From contig NC_017080.1 of the NCBI RefSeq assembly GCF_000284115.1, forward strand, positions 2,760,001-2,792,000: a DNA stretch of 32,000 nt, in the 5' to 3' direction. Shown here one piece after another: positions 1-8,700 of the stretch. Origin of the DNA: Phycisphaera mikurensis NBRC 102666. Lineage in GTDB: Bacteria > Planctomycetota > Phycisphaerae > Phycisphaerales > Phycisphaeraceae. The notes beneath the pieces were generated by a model that worked only from the letters and a program-made list of their open reading frames with translations, was not told the origin of the DNA and did not search any database. Both the position numbers and the translations under genes were made by a program. Every line of letters starts with the position of its first letter. Position 1 is the stretch's first letter.

Positions 1-594
1 GAGGAAGCGTTGCCCCCGGGGGTCTGGCTCAGCGGCTACCAGCGCGACCTGCTCTCCGAGCCGGTGCTCCAGGAGGTTCAGAACCAGCTGCAGCAGCGCG
101 ACCTCCGCCTCGCCGGATCGGTCGAGGGCCTCGGCGAGCGGCTCCGCGGCCGGGTGGGCGTGCGGGGCGAGCGGGAGGCCCTGGAGATCACCTTCACCGA
201 CCCGGACCCCAAGCTGGTGGTGCCCGTGCTCGACGCGGTCGGCCGGGGCCTGCTGATCCACCACATGGCCCAGGACCGCCGCGCCGGGCGGATGAGCGAC
301 ACGGCCTCGATCCGCAGCGAGGCGGTCGCTCGCGACCAACCCGTCCGCGACGAGCGGGTCCGGTTCTTCGGCATGATCCTCGGCGGCTTCGCCGTGCTCG
401 CGCTGCTCGCGGCGATCCCCGCCCGGCTGCTGGCCGGGCGCGCCTCCCGCCAGCTGCCCGAGGGCGCCGTCGCCGAGCTCGCCGTCCTGGAGCACCCCTC
501 GCCGCTGGTCACCGAAGCGATGGAGGCGTCCAAGGCCACCGGCGGCGGAGCCGACGACGAGGGCGACGTGATCAAGCCGGTCTTCCGGTTCTGA
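1..594 (+). CDS. Hypothetical membrane-anchored protein, 3' part (ORF open to window start); weak resemblance to the C-terminal region of Wzz/GumC-type chain-length determinants
   Basis: Frame is open from nt 1 (no stop before the TTG at 10); stop at 592-594. Motif LEITFTDPDPKLVVPVLDAV is followed by a hydrophobic helix (FFGMILGGFAVLALLAAIPARLL) near the C-terminus. Family assignment is by eye only. Confidence 0.4.
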   Translation, partial: EEALPPGVWLSGYQRDLLSEPVLQEVQNQLQQRDLRLAGSVEGLGERLRGRVGVRGEREALEITFTDPDPKLVVPVLDAVGRGLLIHHMAQDRRAGRMSDTASIRSEAVARDQPVRDERVRFFGMILGGFAVLALLAAIPARLLAGRASRQLPEGAVAELAVLEHPSPLVTEAMEASKATGGGADDEGDVIKPVFRF

Positions 595-646
595 CCCGGA
601 CCGGGAACGCCGGCCGCGGGGGCTCCGCACGCGGTCGCGCCCCGCG

Positions 647-1990
647 TCAGTGGCCCAGCAGCGCCTTCCGCAGCGGCTTCCGCGCTCTCGAGGGTGCGAC
701 GACCACCACCGTGTCCCCCAGCGCAAGCTGCTCCGCCGCCGCCGGGATGAAGGTCTTGGCCCCGCGTTGCACCAGCGCCACCAGCGCCTGCTCCGGCAGG
801 TTCAGCCGCGAGAGCGGCACGCCGATCACCGCCGCGTCGGCCTTGTTCAGCCGCGTCTCGTACACCTCGGCGACGCCGTCGGCCAGCGTGGCGAGGTGGC
901 GCATCGAATGGGTCTCGAGCCGGCGCAGGATCTCGCCCACCGCGGTCGCCCGCGGGCTGAAGACCAGGTCGATGCCGATGTGCGAGAGCAGGTGCGTGTA
1001 GACGCTCCGCTGGAGCACGCACACCGCCGACTTCACGCCCATCGTCTTCGCCCGGGCGGCGATGAGGATGTTGGTCTCGTCGTCCTCGGTGCAGGCGATG
1101 AAGGCGTCGGCCTGGTCGACGCGCTCGTCGAGCAGCACCTCGCTGGCGATGATGTCACCGGTGAGCACCGTCACCCAGGGCAGCCGCTCGGAGAGCGCGG
1201 CGGCGCGGGCCGGATCGCTCTCGAACAGCCGCACCTGGAACTGCTTGGCCCGCAGCTCGCGGCACAGCCAGACGCCCTGGTTCGTGCCGCCCACGAGCAT
1301 CACCTTCAGCCGGCGCGGCGTCTCGACGCCGAAGACCTTGAAGAGCTTCACCAGGCTCGACTCGTCGCCGATGGCCGTCACCACGTCGCCGGCGATGAGC
1401 TCGGTGTCGGCGTTGGGCCGGAAGGCCTCCTCGCCCCGCTCCACCGCGACCACCAGCGAGCACGACGGCAGCGGCAGCTCGGAGAGCTTCGCACGCGTCG
1501 CCTTGGAGCCCTCGCCCACCGGCAGCCGCTGGAGCTCGATGCTGCCGCGGGCGAAGTTCTCGACCTCCTGGGCACCCGGTGACCGCAGCGTGGTCGCCAC
1601 CGCCACCGCCGTCGTGTGCTCGGGGCACACCAGGTGATCGATGCCGAAGTGCTTGCCGTAGTCGAGGCCCTGGCTCTCGAAGTACGAGGCGTGGTGGACG
1701 CGGGCGATCGTCTGGTCGCAGCCCAGCGCCGAGGCGATCGACGCGGAGAGCAGGTTGATCTCGTCGATGCTCGTCGCCGCGATGAACAGGTCCGCCTCGG
1801 CCACGCCCGCCCGCCGGAGCACCTCGGCCCGCGTCGCGTCGCCCTCCATCGCCCCGATGTCGATCAGCGACTCACACTCGGCGAGCTTGGCCGGGTCGCG
1901 GTCGATGAGCGTGACGTTGTGGCCGTCGGGCGCGAGCACCTCGGCGGAGTGGCGGCCGACCTCGCCGGCGCCGCAGATGATGATGTTGAT
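647..1990 (-). CDS. trkA: Trk-system potassium uptake protein TrkA (two tandem RCK/NAD-binding units)
   Basis: ORF 647..1939 has two TrkA-N/TrkA-C repeats (LKVMLVGGTNQGVWL is the second Rossmann start). The first Rossmann motif, IIICGAGEVG, is encoded at 1984..1955, upstream of the first canonical start (GTG 1939) and downstream of an in-frame TGA at 2032..2030. I therefore extend to ATC 1990..1988, which is preceded by GGAG (2001..1998) with a 7-nt spacer. Confidence 0.85.
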   Translation of the reverse strand: MNIIICGAGEVGRHSAEVLAPDGHNVTLIDRDPAKLAECESLIDIGAMEGDATRAEVLRRAGVAEADLFIAATSIDEINLLSASIASALGCDQTIARVHHASYFESQGLDYGKHFGIDHLVCPEHTTAVAVATTLRSPGAQEVENFARGSIELQRLPVGEGSKATRAKLSELPLPSCSLVVAVERGEEAFRPNADTELIAGDVVTAIGDESSLVKLFKVFGVETPRRLKVMLVGGTNQGVWLCRELRAKQFQVRLFESDPARAAALSERLPWVTVLTGDIIASEVLLDERVDQADAFIACTEDDETNILIAARAKTMGVKSAVCVLQRSVYTHLLSHIGIDLVFSPRATAVGEILRRLETHSMRHLATLADGVAEVYETRLNKADAAVIGVPLSRLNLPEQALVALVQRGAKTFIPAAAEQLALGDTVVVVAPSRARKPLRKALLGH

Positions 1991-2087
1991 GGTTCCGCTC
2001 CGCGGGGTGAAGGAGAGGCCGCAAGACGCTCACGCGGCGCCGGCGACGGTCCGCGGGAACGGTAAGCCCCGGAGCCGGCGGCGGCCC

Positions 2088-2783
2088 TCAAGCCGACGCG
2101 GTCGCCAGGCCGGCCGGCAGCTCCGCCGGGACCGGCTCCACGCTGGCGAGCACCGTCACGCCGGCCTTCACCTTCTCGCCCTCCCGCACCCGGACGGTGA
2201 CGTTGGCGGACACCGGCAGGTACAGCTCGGTCGTGGAGCCGAGCTTGATGATGCCCATCTTCTGACCCCGCTGGACCACCTGCCCCTCGCTGAGCGCGTT
2301 GTGGATGGTGCGGGCGAGCAGACCGGCGATCTGCCGCACCACCGCGACCGGCTGGCCCTTGGTGGGGTGGACCAGCAGCGTGGTGACGCTCTCGTTGTCC
2401 TCCATCGAGGCCGGGTTCAGCGTGTTGCCGTGGTTGCCGGGCGTGTGCACGACCGACGCGACCGCCCCGTGGCAGGGCGTGCGGTTGATGTGCACGTCCA
2501 GCACCGACATGAAGACGCGGATGCAGACCGCCGGCCCCCCCAGCAGGTCGTGGTGCTCCACGTCGTGCACGCTGCTCACGGTGCCGTCGCACGCCGCGAC
2601 CACCGCCCCCTTCGCCGAGGGCGGCCGCCGCGTCGGGTCCCGGAAGAACAGCAGCACGAGGAAGGTCGCGACGAGCGCAGCGACCGCGAGCAGGAGCGAC
2701 CCGAAGAGCAGCAGCGCGACCGCGATGGCCACGCCGCAAGCGGAGATCACGATCCATTCCGCTTTGGCGAAACCTGAGAGCAT
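2088..2783 (-). CDS. psd: Phosphatidylserine decarboxylase, short membrane-anchored form (proenzyme)
   Basis: It forms the C-terminal 231 aa of track ORF 2088..4004, starting at ATG 2783..2781 (MLSGFAKAEW). It has N-terminal TM helices, and the LGST self-cleavage motif sits in GIIKLGSTTELYLP. The upstream part of the track ORF is repeat-derived non-coding sequence plus the rhomboid gene read off-frame. Confidence 0.8.
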   Translation of the reverse strand: MLSGFAKAEWIVISACGVAIAVALLLFGSLLLAVAALVATFLVLLFFRDPTRRPPSAKGAVVAACDGTVSSVHDVEHHDLLGGPAVCIRVFMSVLDVHINRTPCHGAVASVVHTPGNHGNTLNPASMEDNESVTTLLVHPTKGQPVAVVRQIAGLLARTIHNALSEGQVVQRGQKMGIIKLGSTTELYLPVSANVTVRVREGEKVKAGVTVLASVEPVPAELPAGLATASA

Positions 2784-2831
2784 GGGAGCAGCGTAGAGGG
2801 GGACGGGTCCGGCCTGGCGCTCGAGAGCGGA

Positions 2832-3005
2832 GAGGAAGCGACGCGGCGGGAGGGGGTTGTGCGGAGGGGCTGCGTGGTTTGCGACGGGCGTAGGGAGCGG
2901 GTTGGGCTGGCGCTGGGTGAGAGGCGGAGCGACGCAGCGGGAGGGGGTCGTGCGGAGGGGCTGCACGGTCCGCGACGGGCGCGGGTCGAGCCGGCGCTGG
3001 GTGAG
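2832..3005. repeat. Two tandem copies of an ~85-90 bp G-rich direct repeat (approx 2832-2921 and 2922-3005)
   Basis: By-eye alignment: GCGACGCGGCGGGAGGGGGTTGTGCGGAGGGGCTGCGTGG...GGCGCTGGGTGAG versus GCGACGCAGCGGGAGGGGGTCGTGCGGAGGGGCTGCACGG...GGCGCTGGGTGAG. The anchor offset is 91 nt at the left and 84 nt at the right, a 7-nt indel, so the frame is not preserved. Confidence 0.7.
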
Positions 3006-3070
3006 AGACGAAGTCAGCAGAAAGCAGAGAAGTGGAAAACGCCGAGCGGAGCGACGGCGCGTCCTGTCTG

Positions 3071-3142
3071 TCTTCGTCTCTTCGTCTCTTCGTCTCTCCG
3101 TCTCTTCGTCTCTTCGTCTCTCCGCCCTTCCGCCTCCCGCCC
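3071..3142. repeat. Tandem 8-bp repeat TCTYCGTC (7 good units 3071-3126, decaying to ~3142)
   Basis: Direct reading gives tcttcgtc x3, tctccgtc, tcttcgtc x2, tctccgcc, then cttccgcc and tcccgccc. The unit length is not a multiple of 3, and the array lies between the rhomboid stop (3176) and the psd start (2783). Confidence 0.8.
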
Positions 3143-3175
3143 GCCGCACCCGGGAGCAACACCGCCAAAGCCGCT

Positions 3176-4108
3176 TCAACGCTTCCGCTTCGTGTCCTCC
3201 GCGAGCGTCTTCTTTTCTCCTTCGGTCAGCGACTGGATCCCGCTGTCGCTGACCTTCGCGAGGATGCGGTCGACCTCGGCGGCGTGCTCGGCCGCGGCTT
3301 TGCGGGCGCGGTTCCGCTTGAAGTCGGCGAGGCGGCCTTTGATGCCCTCGATGCCGCCGCCGGAACGCTTCGCCGCGCCGTAACCGGCGGCTCCGAGCGC
3401 GGGCCCGCCGAAGGGCGCCAGCAGGCCGGGTCGCTTCATGAGCACGAAGCCGAGCAGGGCGCCGCCGAGGTGGGCGGCCTCGCCCCCGGCGTTGCGCGAG
3501 CCGACGAGCACGGACAGCGCGGCGATGCCTAGGAACACGAGCGCCATCGTGCGCATCGACATCGGGATCGGGGGGATCAGCAGCTGCACGCGCAGGTGCG
3601 GGAAGCGGACGGCCGCGGCGGCGAGGATCCCGAAGAGGGCGCCCGAGGCGCCGACCAGCGGCGCGTCGGGGTGCATGATCGTCGGTCCGAACAGCGTGCC
3701 GAGCACCGTCGCGATCACCGCCCCGGAAACCCCGCACAGCAGGTAGAAGGCGAGGAAGGCGCGGCGGCCCAGCTCCCGCTCCAGCAGCGGGCCGAAGAAG
3801 TACAGCCCGATCATGTTGAAGAGGATGTGGAAGAAGTCGGCGTGCAGGAACTGGTACGTCAGGAAGCGCCAGACCTCCAGGCCCCAGATCGCCTTGTTCA
3901 CCGAGAAGTAGCCCCAGCGGAGCGGGTCGGCCCCGTCGGCGCGGGCCGAGCCCCCGAAGATCCCGGCGAGCAGGAACACGGCGGCGTTGATCACGATCAG
4001 CCACGTGGTGATCGTCCAGCCGGACGGGCCGGTCGATCCGGGGCCGAAGCCGCGCCCGGCGCCACCGAAAGGCCCCGGGCTTGCGTAGTCGCGTGTCTCA
4101 AAAGCCAT
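3176..4108 (-). CDS. Rhomboid family intramembrane serine protease with a charged C-terminal tail
   Basis: Motifs seen are HILFNM (HxxxN), the GASGALFG catalytic Ser motif and the HLGGALLG catalytic His motif, plus multiple TM helices. The start is taken at ATG 4108..4106 (MAFETRDY), 49 codons inside track ORF 3176..4255. The upstream 49 codons are R/P/G-rich and look non-coding. Confidence 0.85.
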   Translation of the reverse strand: MAFETRDYASPGPFGGAGRGFGPGSTGPSGWTITTWLIVINAAVFLLAGIFGGSARADGADPLRWGYFSVNKAIWGLEVWRFLTYQFLHADFFHILFNMIGLYFFGPLLERELGRRAFLAFYLLCGVSGAVIATVLGTLFGPTIMHPDAPLVGASGALFGILAAAAVRFPHLRVQLLIPPIPMSMRTMALVFLGIAALSVLVGSRNAGGEAAHLGGALLGFVLMKRPGLLAPFGGPALGAAGYGAAKRSGGGIEGIKGRLADFKRNRARKAAAEHAAEVDRILAKVSDSGIQSLTEGEKKTLAEDTKRKR

Positions 4109-4233
4109 GGCCGGAAGCGTAGAACCCGCGGACCGCGAGCCCCGGGCCGGCGCGGCGCTCTCGGTCCGCGGATCCGCCTCTCGCCGCGGCGGCCTCGGGG
4201 GAGAACCGGGATCGCCGAGCCCAGACCCCGCCC

Positions 4234-4992
4234 TCAGGCGGGCAGCTGGCACCACGCGTCGGCCAGCAGCAGCCCGGCGACGAGGGCCCCGGGAGCGCCC
4301 TCCACCGCCAGGTGCGTCTGCACGTCGTGCAGCTGCTGCTCGGCGAAGGGTCGCGTGCTCGGCTCCAGCAGGAAGGCGGCGAGGCCCCAGGGCTGGTACG
4401 TCGTGTAGTCGGGCTGGGTGACGGCCTGCTGGTGCCGGGCGGCGGCGGCGACGGCGGGCCAGAGGCCGGTGGCGCCCAGCGAGACGACGCCCATCGTGCC
4501 GTGGATCGCGACCAGCTCGCGGAAGGTCCAGCTCTCGGGCGCGTCGTCGAGCCGCTGCTCGTGCAGCGGGTGGTCCCGGGTCGCGGTCAGCTCCACCCCC
4601 ATCGCCGGCGGCGGCGGCCCGCCGGCGTGCGCCGCGTAGAGCGCCATCGCCTGCTCCTCGATGGGCGCCTCCTCGGCCACCGCGACCGGCGTCGACGCGT
4701 CCGCGCCCGCCCGGCCGAGCATCGCCCGCATCAGCAACCCGTAGACGGGCCGGTGCTGGCCGCGGCCGTCGGTGTAGCGGTCCGCCGGCTCGAAGGGCTT
4801 CAGAGCGTCCGCCCGCTCCTCCCCGAGCAGGGCCCGCGCCGCCGGAACCGCCGCCATCAGGCTTCGCACCGACTCGCCCGCCCGCGGCCGGTGCGGCGAC
4901 GCGTCGGCCGCCCCCGCCAGCGCCCGCAGCGCGAGGGCGCGGATCCCGTCCCGCAGCCGCGGGTCCACCTCGGCGTAGCCGGCGTCGCTCAT
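4234..4992 (-). CDS. Hypothetical protein (252 aa), no family recognised
   Basis: It is the C-terminal part of the artefactual 1669-aa track ORF, starting at ATG 4992..4990 (MSDAGYAEVDPRL). This ATG overlaps the TGA of the upstream GNAT gene (ATGA, 4992..4989). Composition is ordinary and non-repetitive, unlike the R/G-rich antisense portion of that ORF. Confidence 0.6.
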   Translation of the reverse strand: MSDAGYAEVDPRLRDGIRALALRALAGAADASPHRPRAGESVRSLMAAVPAARALLGEERADALKPFEPADRYTDGRGQHRPVYGLLMRAMLGRAGADASTPVAVAEEAPIEEQAMALYAAHAGGPPPPAMGVELTATRDHPLHEQRLDDAPESWTFRELVAIHGTMGVVSLGATGLWPAVAAAARHQQAVTQPDYTTYQPWGLAAFLLEPSTRPFAEQQLHDVQTHLAVEGAPGALVAGLLLADAWCQLPA

Positions 4993-5582
4993 CCGCCCAC
5001 CATCACCGATCCGTCGCGCGTGAGCCGCGCGGTCACCACCGGCGCCGAGAGGCCCGGCACGCCCACGCCCGGCGCGGGCGACCCGACCGCAGGCGGGATC
5101 GACGCGTTGACGCGGATCATCGCGATCTCGTCGCAGGCGTGCTTCTTGGGGCAAGCCACGCACTCGGCCCAGACCTTCATCGGCAGCTTCTGGCGGTCGA
5201 CGACCGAGAAGCCGAGCCGTTCGAAGAAGCGTTGCTCGTAGGTGAGCGACATGACCCGGCGGATCCCGAGGCCGTCGGCGTCGGCGAGAACGGCGTCGAC
5301 GAGCCTGGCACCGAGGCCGCGGCCGCGGGCGGCGGGCGTCACCGCCAGCGAAACGACCTCGCCGAGGTCCGCCCAGATGATCGACAGGCCGCACAGGCCG
5401 ACGATCTCGCCGGTGTGCGGGTCCTCGGCCACGACGTAGTTGCGGAGCTTCTCGTAGAGCGTCGCGTGGGACTTGGGCAGCATGAGGCCCAGCTCCGCGG
5501 AGTCGGCGACGATGGCCGCCATCGCCGGCACGTCCGCCGCCCGCGCAGGGCGGAGGATCGTCTCGGCGGCGGCATCGGGCAC
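4989..5582 (-). CDS. GNAT family N-acetyltransferase, short ArgA/N-acetylglutamate-synthase-like type with Cys-rich C-terminal segment
   Basis: GNAT acetyl-CoA motif ARGRGLGARL is present, and KVWAECVACPKKHACDEIAM resembles short amino-acid N-acetyltransferases (COG1246-type). Start is GTG 5582..5580. An extra ~45-aa P/G/V-rich tail follows. Confidence 0.8.
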   Translation of the reverse strand: MPDAAAETILRPARAADVPAMAAIVADSAELGLMLPKSHATLYEKLRNYVVAEDPHTGEIVGLCGLSIIWADLGEVVSLAVTPAARGRGLGARLVDAVLADADGLGIRRVMSLTYEQRFFERLGFSVVDRQKLPMKVWAECVACPKKHACDEIAMIRVNASIPPAVGSPAPGVGVPGLSAPVVTARLTRDGSVMVGG

Positions 5583-5721
5583 GGCCGCAGATTACGGAGC
5601 CCGCCGCTTCAGGATCCGTGCCCCGGGACCGGGCACCCCGCTCGGCGGACGACCGCGGAGCCATCGGGTGCCGCGCGGGCGCTCCGCCACCGCGTCCAAG
5701 AACCCCCCTACCGTCCGCCGC

Positions 5722-8700
5722 TTGCCGACGGACACCGCCACCGCGACCTGGCTGGACAGCTTCCTGGCCCACCCCGTCGCCGCGGCGGTGGCCGACGGGC
5801 TTGCGCGGGGGAAGAGCGTGAACGTCCGCGGGGCCCGCGGCTCCTCCGCCGCCCTGCTGGCGGGCGCGGCCGCGTGCGAACGCGGCGACCGCGTGCTGCT
5901 GGTCGTCGCGCACCTCGACGAGGCGGACGACGCCCTGGACGACCTCGGCTGCTTCGAGGGCCTGCACGCGGAGCGGTTCGGGGCGCTGGAGGTGCTCCCC
6001 GGCTCTGAATCGGTGAACCTGGAGCGGCTGGCCGAGCGGATGGACGTGGTGCGGCGGCTGGCGGAGTCGCCGTCCGCGGGCCGGCCTGAGGTGCTGGTGG
6101 CGCCGATCCAGGCGTTGATGCAGGCCGTGCCCGGCTCCGAGGCCGTCGCCGCGATGAGCCTGTCGGTCTCGCCGGGCGACACGCTCAGCCCCGGCACCCT
6201 GCTCGGCTGGCTCGACAACGCCGGCTACGCCCGCGTCGACGCGATCGACCAGCCCGGCGACTACGCCGTCCGCGGCGGGCTGGTCGAGGTGTACCCGATC
6301 GGGGCGACGCTGGAGGATCCCGGTGCCCGGCCGCTCCCGCAGGCCCCCGTCCGGATCGACTTCTTCGGCGACGAGGTGGACACGCTGACGACCGTCGACC
6401 CCGACGCCACGCTCGGCAACGCCGGCGTCAAGGTCGGCCGGCTCGGGCTCGTCGGCGGCAGCGCCGAGGAGCTGCAGAAAGGAGCCGCCGACGAAGGCGG
6501 GCGCTGCCTCGTGGACCTGCTGCCCGCGGGACTGCCGGCCGTGCTGCACGAGACGGCGGAGCTGTCGGAGCAGAGCAAGGGCTACTTCGAGCGGCTGACG
6601 AACCCGGCGGGCATCTTCGCGCCCGCCGAGGTGTTCAAGCGCCTGGTCGCCCGCCCCGCCGCCGAGCTGTCCAGCTTCGCCACCGGCAGCGCCGGAGGCG
6701 GAGCGCTGGACCTGGGCGCCTCCGCCCTGCCCGCCTTCCCGCGCGACGCCGAGGCCGCCGTCGAGGAGCTGGTCGACCTCGCCAAAGAGCATGCATCGAC
6801 GACCGTGCTGTGCGGCACGGAAGCCGAGCAGGCGCAGCTGGAGACGCTGCTCCGCGACCAGCGGCAGCGGCAGGACGAGGCGGAGCCGCCGGAGATCGCA
6901 ACGGCCGTCCAGCGGCTGCACCACGGCTTCCTGCTCGCCTCGCCCGACGGCCCGCCGGCGGCCGTCGTGACCTTCCACGAGTTGTTTCACCGGCACGGGC
7001 TCTCCCGCCGCGTCCGCCGCGTGTTCTCCGGCACGTCTTCGGACGCCGATGCCTTCCTCGATCTCGACGTCGGCGACGCGGTCGTTCACGTCGACCACGG
7101 CATCGCGCAGTTCACCGGCATCACCACGCTGCGGCGCAAAGTCGGAGGGCCGTCCGAGGGCCAGCTCCGCCCGACCGAGTACCTCACCCTGGAGTTCGCC
7201 GGCGGCGCGACGCTGCAGGTCCCGGTCGGCCAGATCGACCTCATCCAGAAGTACGTCGGCGGCTTCGAGGGCAAGCCCCCGCTGTCGACGCTGGGCGGCA
7301 AGAAGTGGAGAAACCAGAAGGAGGCCGCCGGCGACGCCGTGAAGGACCTCGCCCGCGAGCTGCTGCAGGTGCAGGCGGCCCGCCGGACGGAGCCGGGCAT
7401 CGCCTACCCGCCCGACGGCCCCGACCACGCGGCCTTCGCCGCGAGCTTCCCCTTCGAGGAGACGCCGGATCAGCTCGAGGCCATCGCCGCCACGCAGCGC
7501 GACATGGAGGGCCCGCAGCCGATGGACCGGCTGATCTGCGGCGACGTCGGCTTCGGCAAGACCGAGATCGCGCTCCGCGCCGCGTTTAAGGCCGCGCACT
7601 CCGGCAAGCAGGTGGCGGTGCTGGTGCCCACCACCGTGCTCGCCGAGCAGCACGCCCGCACCTTCACCCAGCGGCTCAAGCCCTTCGGCTTCCGCGTGGA
7701 GGCGCTCAACCGCTTCAAGACCGGCAAGGAAGCGCGCGTGGTGCTCAAGGCGCTGCAGGCGGGCGAGGTGCGGGTCATCATCGGCACGCACCGGCTGCTC
7801 TCCGCGGACGTGAACTTCCACGACCTGGGCCTGGTCGTCATCGACGAGGAGCAGAAGTTCGGCGTCGAGCACAAGCACCGCCTGCTCGCGCTGCGGCTGA
7901 CCGCGGACGTGCTGACGATGACCGCGACGCCGATCCCGCGGACGCTGCACATGTCGATGGTCGGGCTGCGCGACATCTCCTCGCTCACGACCCCGCCCGC
8001 CGGCCGCCGCGCCGTCGTCACCGAGGTCGTCCCGCACCGAACCGACCGCACCGGTGCCGCCCTGCAGCGCGAGCTCGCCCGCGGCGGACAGGCCTACGTG
8101 GTCCACAACCGCATCAACGGCCTGCACCGCGTCGCCGCCGACGTGAAGGCCGACGTGCCCGACGCCGAGGTCGCCATCGGCCACGGGCAGATGGGCGCCC
8201 ACGAGCTCGAGGCGGTGATGATGCGCTTCATCCGCGGCGAGGCCGACGTGCTGGTGAGCACGACGATCATCGAGAGCGGCATCGACGTGCCCAACGCGAA
8301 CACGATGATCATCCACGACGCCGACCGCTTCGGCCTCGCCGAGCTGCACCAGCTGCGCGGCCGGGTGGGCAGGTCTTCGAAGCGGGCGTACTGCTACCTG
8401 CTGCTCCCGCCGGGCCGCACCGTCAGCGAGGTCGCCCAGAAGCGGCTCCGCGCGATCGAGGACTACGCCGTGCTCGGCGCCGGCTTCAAGATCGCGATGC
8501 GGGACCTGGAGATCCGCGGCGCCGGCGACCTGCTCGGCGGCGAGCAGAGCGGGCACATCGCCGCCGTCGGCTACGAGCTGTACTGCGTGATGCTCGACCA
8601 GGAGACCCGCCGGCTGAACCACCAGCCCGTCGTCGACGTCGCCCGCTGCCACCTGGAGCTGCCCGCCGCCGGCAACCTCCCGAAGCGCTACATCCCCGCC

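Noticed and set aside
616-646. CGCGGGG / CCCCGCG stem (17-nt loop) between the convergent first ORF and trkA as a bidirectional terminator
   Set aside because: The loop is large and there is no T/A tract on either side. It cannot be distinguished from chance GC self-complementarity.
2088-4004. 638-aa ORF as a single protein
   Set aside because: Only the C-terminal 231 aa (psd) are credible. The rest reads through the intergenic repeats and the rhomboid gene in the wrong frame.
4163-4177. Recurring GCGGATCC(GC) palindromes (also near 18567, 23350 and elsewhere) as a HIP-like iterated palindrome
   Set aside because: Most copies lie inside coding regions, where CGG-ATC-C / GCG-GAT-CC codon pairs are expected in this composition. 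I cannot compute enrichment here, and the copies show no consistent position or context.
4234-5582. The GNAT plus small-partner pair as a GNAT-toxin/antitoxin module
   Set aside because: The GNAT is the ArgA-like metabolic type rather than the TacT/AtaT type. The partner is downstream, 252 aa long and lacks an RHH/DUF1778-like DNA-binding N-terminus.
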